61,089 nucleotides of DNA from Eledone cirrhosa. Lineage: Eukaryota. The stretch covers positions 1-61,089 of the forward strand of contig CAXHJY010000398.1 of assembly GCA_964016885.1 (NCBI GenBank), written 5' to 3'. Both the position numbers and the translations under genes were made by a program. Numbering within the stretch: position 1 is the first letter of the stretch; every line of letters begins with the position of its first letter. The notes below the pieces were generated by a model. The model was not told the DNA's origin and ran no database searches. It saw only the letters and a program-made list of their open reading frames with translations. Positions 56,987-61,089 of the stretch are shown here, piece by piece.

Positions 56987-57025
56987 GGTGTCCCCAAAAA
57001 ATGTATACACACTTTGATTACCTGC
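56287..57025. mobile_element. tandem array of about 100-bp Tc1/mariner-type MITEs (5 full, 1 partial) separated by (TA)n
   Basis: TIRs GGTGTCCCCAAAAAATGTATACACACTT / AAGTGTGTGTACATTTTTGGGGGACACCCTG; TA flanks. Confidence 0.85.
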
Positions 57026-57421
57026 TCGTTCCTATATATATATATATATAAAAACTTTATTTTATTCAGAGTTAAGACTCTATTGGTTTCACAAAATCTG
57101 TGGAAAAATCTGTCTTGATTTTTTTTTAATTAACTTTGAATTATTTTCCCACATCTTACGTTAATTATTTTTCCATTTTGACGTTATAATCACTTATATA
57201 TTATGAAATACTGTTGGCTTCATGCTCACATTAATTTCTATTCTTTCATTTATATATAAACAATATATAGTTGTTGTGTTTTTCTTTTTTCGATCGAATG
57301 CAAGCTTAAAAAATAATTAGTGTCAACAATGGGAAGTTATCATTTGACGTTTTAGAAATAGCAGTCAAAGGTGCCTCAAATTACACATTAGACTATGTAT
57401 AATCTATCTATATATGTATAC

Positions 57422-57519
<98 letters not shown>

Positions 57520-57637
57520 GTATATACACTTATATATATATATAAGTGTATATAAGTGTATAAATATATATATATATAAATATATATACTCGTATATACA
57601 CTTATATACGTATATATATACATATATATACACACAT

Positions 57638-57676
<39 letters not shown>

Positions 57677-57756
57677 GAAAAATTGAACGGGAACAAAACA
57701 AGAGAGGCAGTACAACAAATGTTTATTAATTTCACGCTCTTGAGAGTGAGGTGGTG

Positions 57757-57797
<41 letters not shown>

Positions 57798-58094
57798 CAT
57801 ATGCCTAAAAGTAAAGAATAGACGAGATAGTCACGGTTGGAGCTGTTTCGATCAAACATCTGCTTGATCTGGGCTGACCTAGAGCAAAACCTGACGAACG
57901 ACTCACATATGTGTGCCTCCGAAACCCTGTCGAAGGAGACTTTACTACGACCGGCTAGAAATAGCAGTCAAATCTCCCCCTCTCAAATCATACACTACTG
58001 TCGTCATTAAATAGGGATTGGAGACAATGTAGACCAAGATATATAAATAGATGGGGAGGGTCACGGTTGGAACAGGATTAGGATTGCGCCGGAG

Positions 58095-58813
58095 CTAAAC
58101 AACAACTAGGCAGTGTGTGTGTATGCGGGGGGGAGTATGTGTGTATGTGTGTGTATGTGTGTGTACATGTGCGTACGTTCGTCCTTGCATATGTGTGTGC
58201 GTGTGTGCATGCGGCAGTATATGTGTAACGTGTATGAATGTATGTATATGTATGTGTGTGTGTGTGTGTGTGTACGTTCGTCCGTGCATATGTGTGTGTG
58301 TGTGTGTGCATGCGGGAGTGTATGTGTAACATGTATGAATGTATGTGTATGTATGTGTGTACGTTCGTCCGTGTATGTGTATGTATGTTTGTGTATGCAT
58401 GCGAGAGTGTATGCGTGATATCTATGAATATGTGTGTGAGTGTGTGTTTATGTACGATCATCCGTACGTATATATTATGTATGTATGTGTATGCATGCGT
58501 GTGTAATTTGTGTGAAATGTGTGTGTATATATGTATATATATATGTGTATATAAGTGTATATATGTGTGTGTGTGTATATGTATATATATATGCGTATGT
58601 AAGTGTATATACGTGTATATATATATATATATGTGTGTGTGTGTATATATATGTATATATATGCGTATATACGTGTATATATATATATGTGTGTGTGTGT
58701 ATATATGTATATATATGCGTCTATATAAGTGTATATACGTGTCTATATATATATATATGTGTGTGTGTGTGTATATATGTATATATATATGCGTATATAA
58801 GTGTATATACGTG

Positions 58814-58844
<31 letters not shown>

Positions 58845-59019
58845 ATATATGTATATATATGCTTCTATATAAGTGTATATACGTGTATATATATATATAT
58901 ATGTGTGTGTGTATATATGTATATATATGTTTCTATATAAGTGTATATACGTGTATATATATATATATGTGTGTGTGTATATATGTATATATATATGCGT
59001 CTATATAAGTGTATATACG

Positions 59020-59066
<47 letters not shown>

Positions 59067-59189
59067 ATATATGTATATATGCGTCTATATAAGTGTATAT
59101 ACGTGTATATATATATATATATATGTGTGTGTATATATATATGTATATATATATGTGTCTATATAAGTGTATATACGTGTATATATATA

Positions 59190-59266
<77 letters not shown>

Positions 59267-59310
59267 GCGTCTATATAAGTGTATATATGTGTATATATGT
59301 GTATATATAT
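58095..59310. repeat. compound GT/TA repeat with higher-order units (GCGTCTATATAAGTGTATATACGTG anchors)
   Basis: Direct inspection. Confidence 0.9.
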
Positions 59311-59441
59311 ATTTGTGCGTTGGAGTATTTTCTATAGAAGAGAGACCTACTATACGACGTTACACCTATGTTGTATTACAGCGGTGTTTAGTTACGATAC
59401 AAAAAAATATAAGTAGAAAATCATGTGAAAACGTGTCTGCT

Positions 59442-59486
<45 letters not shown>

Positions 59487-59651
59487 AGACACACTCACAC
59501 AGACACACTCACACATACACACACAGACACACTCACACAGACACAAACACACTCACCGCCGTACACATACACACGCACACTCACTCACGTCCGTGCACAT
59601 ACGCATGCATATACGCGTTCATCTCTCTCTCTATATATATATATCTATATA

Positions 59652-59790
<139 letters not shown>

Positions 59791-59828
59791 AATGAAAGGT
59801 ATAGAAAACACTGCACTAAACACTAATT

Positions 59829-60070
<242 letters not shown>

Positions 60071-60340
60071 TGCGTATATGTATCTGTGTATAAATATGCG
60101 TATATGCATGTGTGTATAATATGCATATATGCATGTGTGTACATATACTTTTAAAAAAAAATATATGTATATACAGTATGCATGATGGAAAGGGTAGTGA
60201 ATAAATACTTCAATCTAGATTTATTCGTTTGAAGGTTGAATATTCAATTTGGCGCTATATACATGTCCCACTTGAGATATTTCGAACGAAATATATATTT
60301 ATATATATATATAAATGCATATATATATATATATATGTAA

Positions 60341-60496
<156 letters not shown>

Positions 60497-60502
60497 TTAC
60501 AT

Positions 60503-60533
<31 letters not shown>

Positions 60534-60643
60534 CATATATATATTTACACACACACATATATATATATATATATGAATATATATATATATTTACACATAT
60601 ACAAATATATATATATATATATATTTACACATACACACATATG

Positions 60644-60724
<81 letters not shown>

Positions 60725-60744
60725 TTACACATACATATATATAA

Positions 60745-60792
<48 letters not shown>

Positions 60793-60892
60793 TTACACAT
60801 ACACACATATGCTAACATATATATATATATTTACACATACACACATATGCTAATATATATATATATATATTTACACATACACACATATGCCA

Positions 60893-60928
<36 letters not shown>

Positions 60929-61089
60929 GGCGGGGGGGGGGGGGTAAGCGTGTGTGTGCAATCAATCGTATATATATAATGCTTATCAAATAAAAGCATT
61001 GGATTATACACGTGTATATTACAAAACCTCGTAGGATCATTTACGAATTAGGTTCGCGGGAACACATACACTCACACACAAATACGCAC

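Noticed and set aside
56287-57025. CRISPR-like repeat-spacer appearance
   Set aside because: Repeats are about 100-bp TIR elements, spacers are pure (TA)n, there are no cas genes and the context is eukaryotic
53060-58000. Scattered CTAGAAATAGC..CAAAT..CCTCAAATCACAC motifs (about 53065, 55183, 55905, 57353, 57955)
   Set aside because: Probably old fragments of a dispersed repeat; too diverged to set boundaries or classify

Overview
AT-rich, repeat-dominated eukaryotic DNA. It is not prokaryotic, and the repeat families suggest a cephalopod/octopus-like mollusc (inference). No host protein-coding gene is securely identifiable; nearly all listed ORFs are translations of microsatellites. The real content is: one near-intact full-length Tx1-clade LINE (ORF1 with CCHC knuckle; ORF2 with APE+RT and a late nonsense codon) plus several 3' Tx1 stubs, mostly beside (TCTA)n; a 5'-truncated RTE-clade LINE; an RLE-type (R4/Dong-like) fragment; three Neptune-type Penelope-like element (PLE) GIY-YIG fragments; about 17 tRNA-derived SINEs; three non-autonomous Helitron-like elements; Tc1/mariner-type ends and MITEs; and many satellites. 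The most striking structure is a set of (TA)n-anchored palindromes and fold-backs carrying minimal type I hammerhead ribozyme (HHR) motifs of at least four sequence families. One motif has a roughly 115-nt extended stem II. Also notable are a nested double fold-back around 4.2-6.05 kb and a 1.9-kb 16-bp satellite that arose inside a mariner-type terminal repeat. Coordinates were read by eye and may be off by a few bases.
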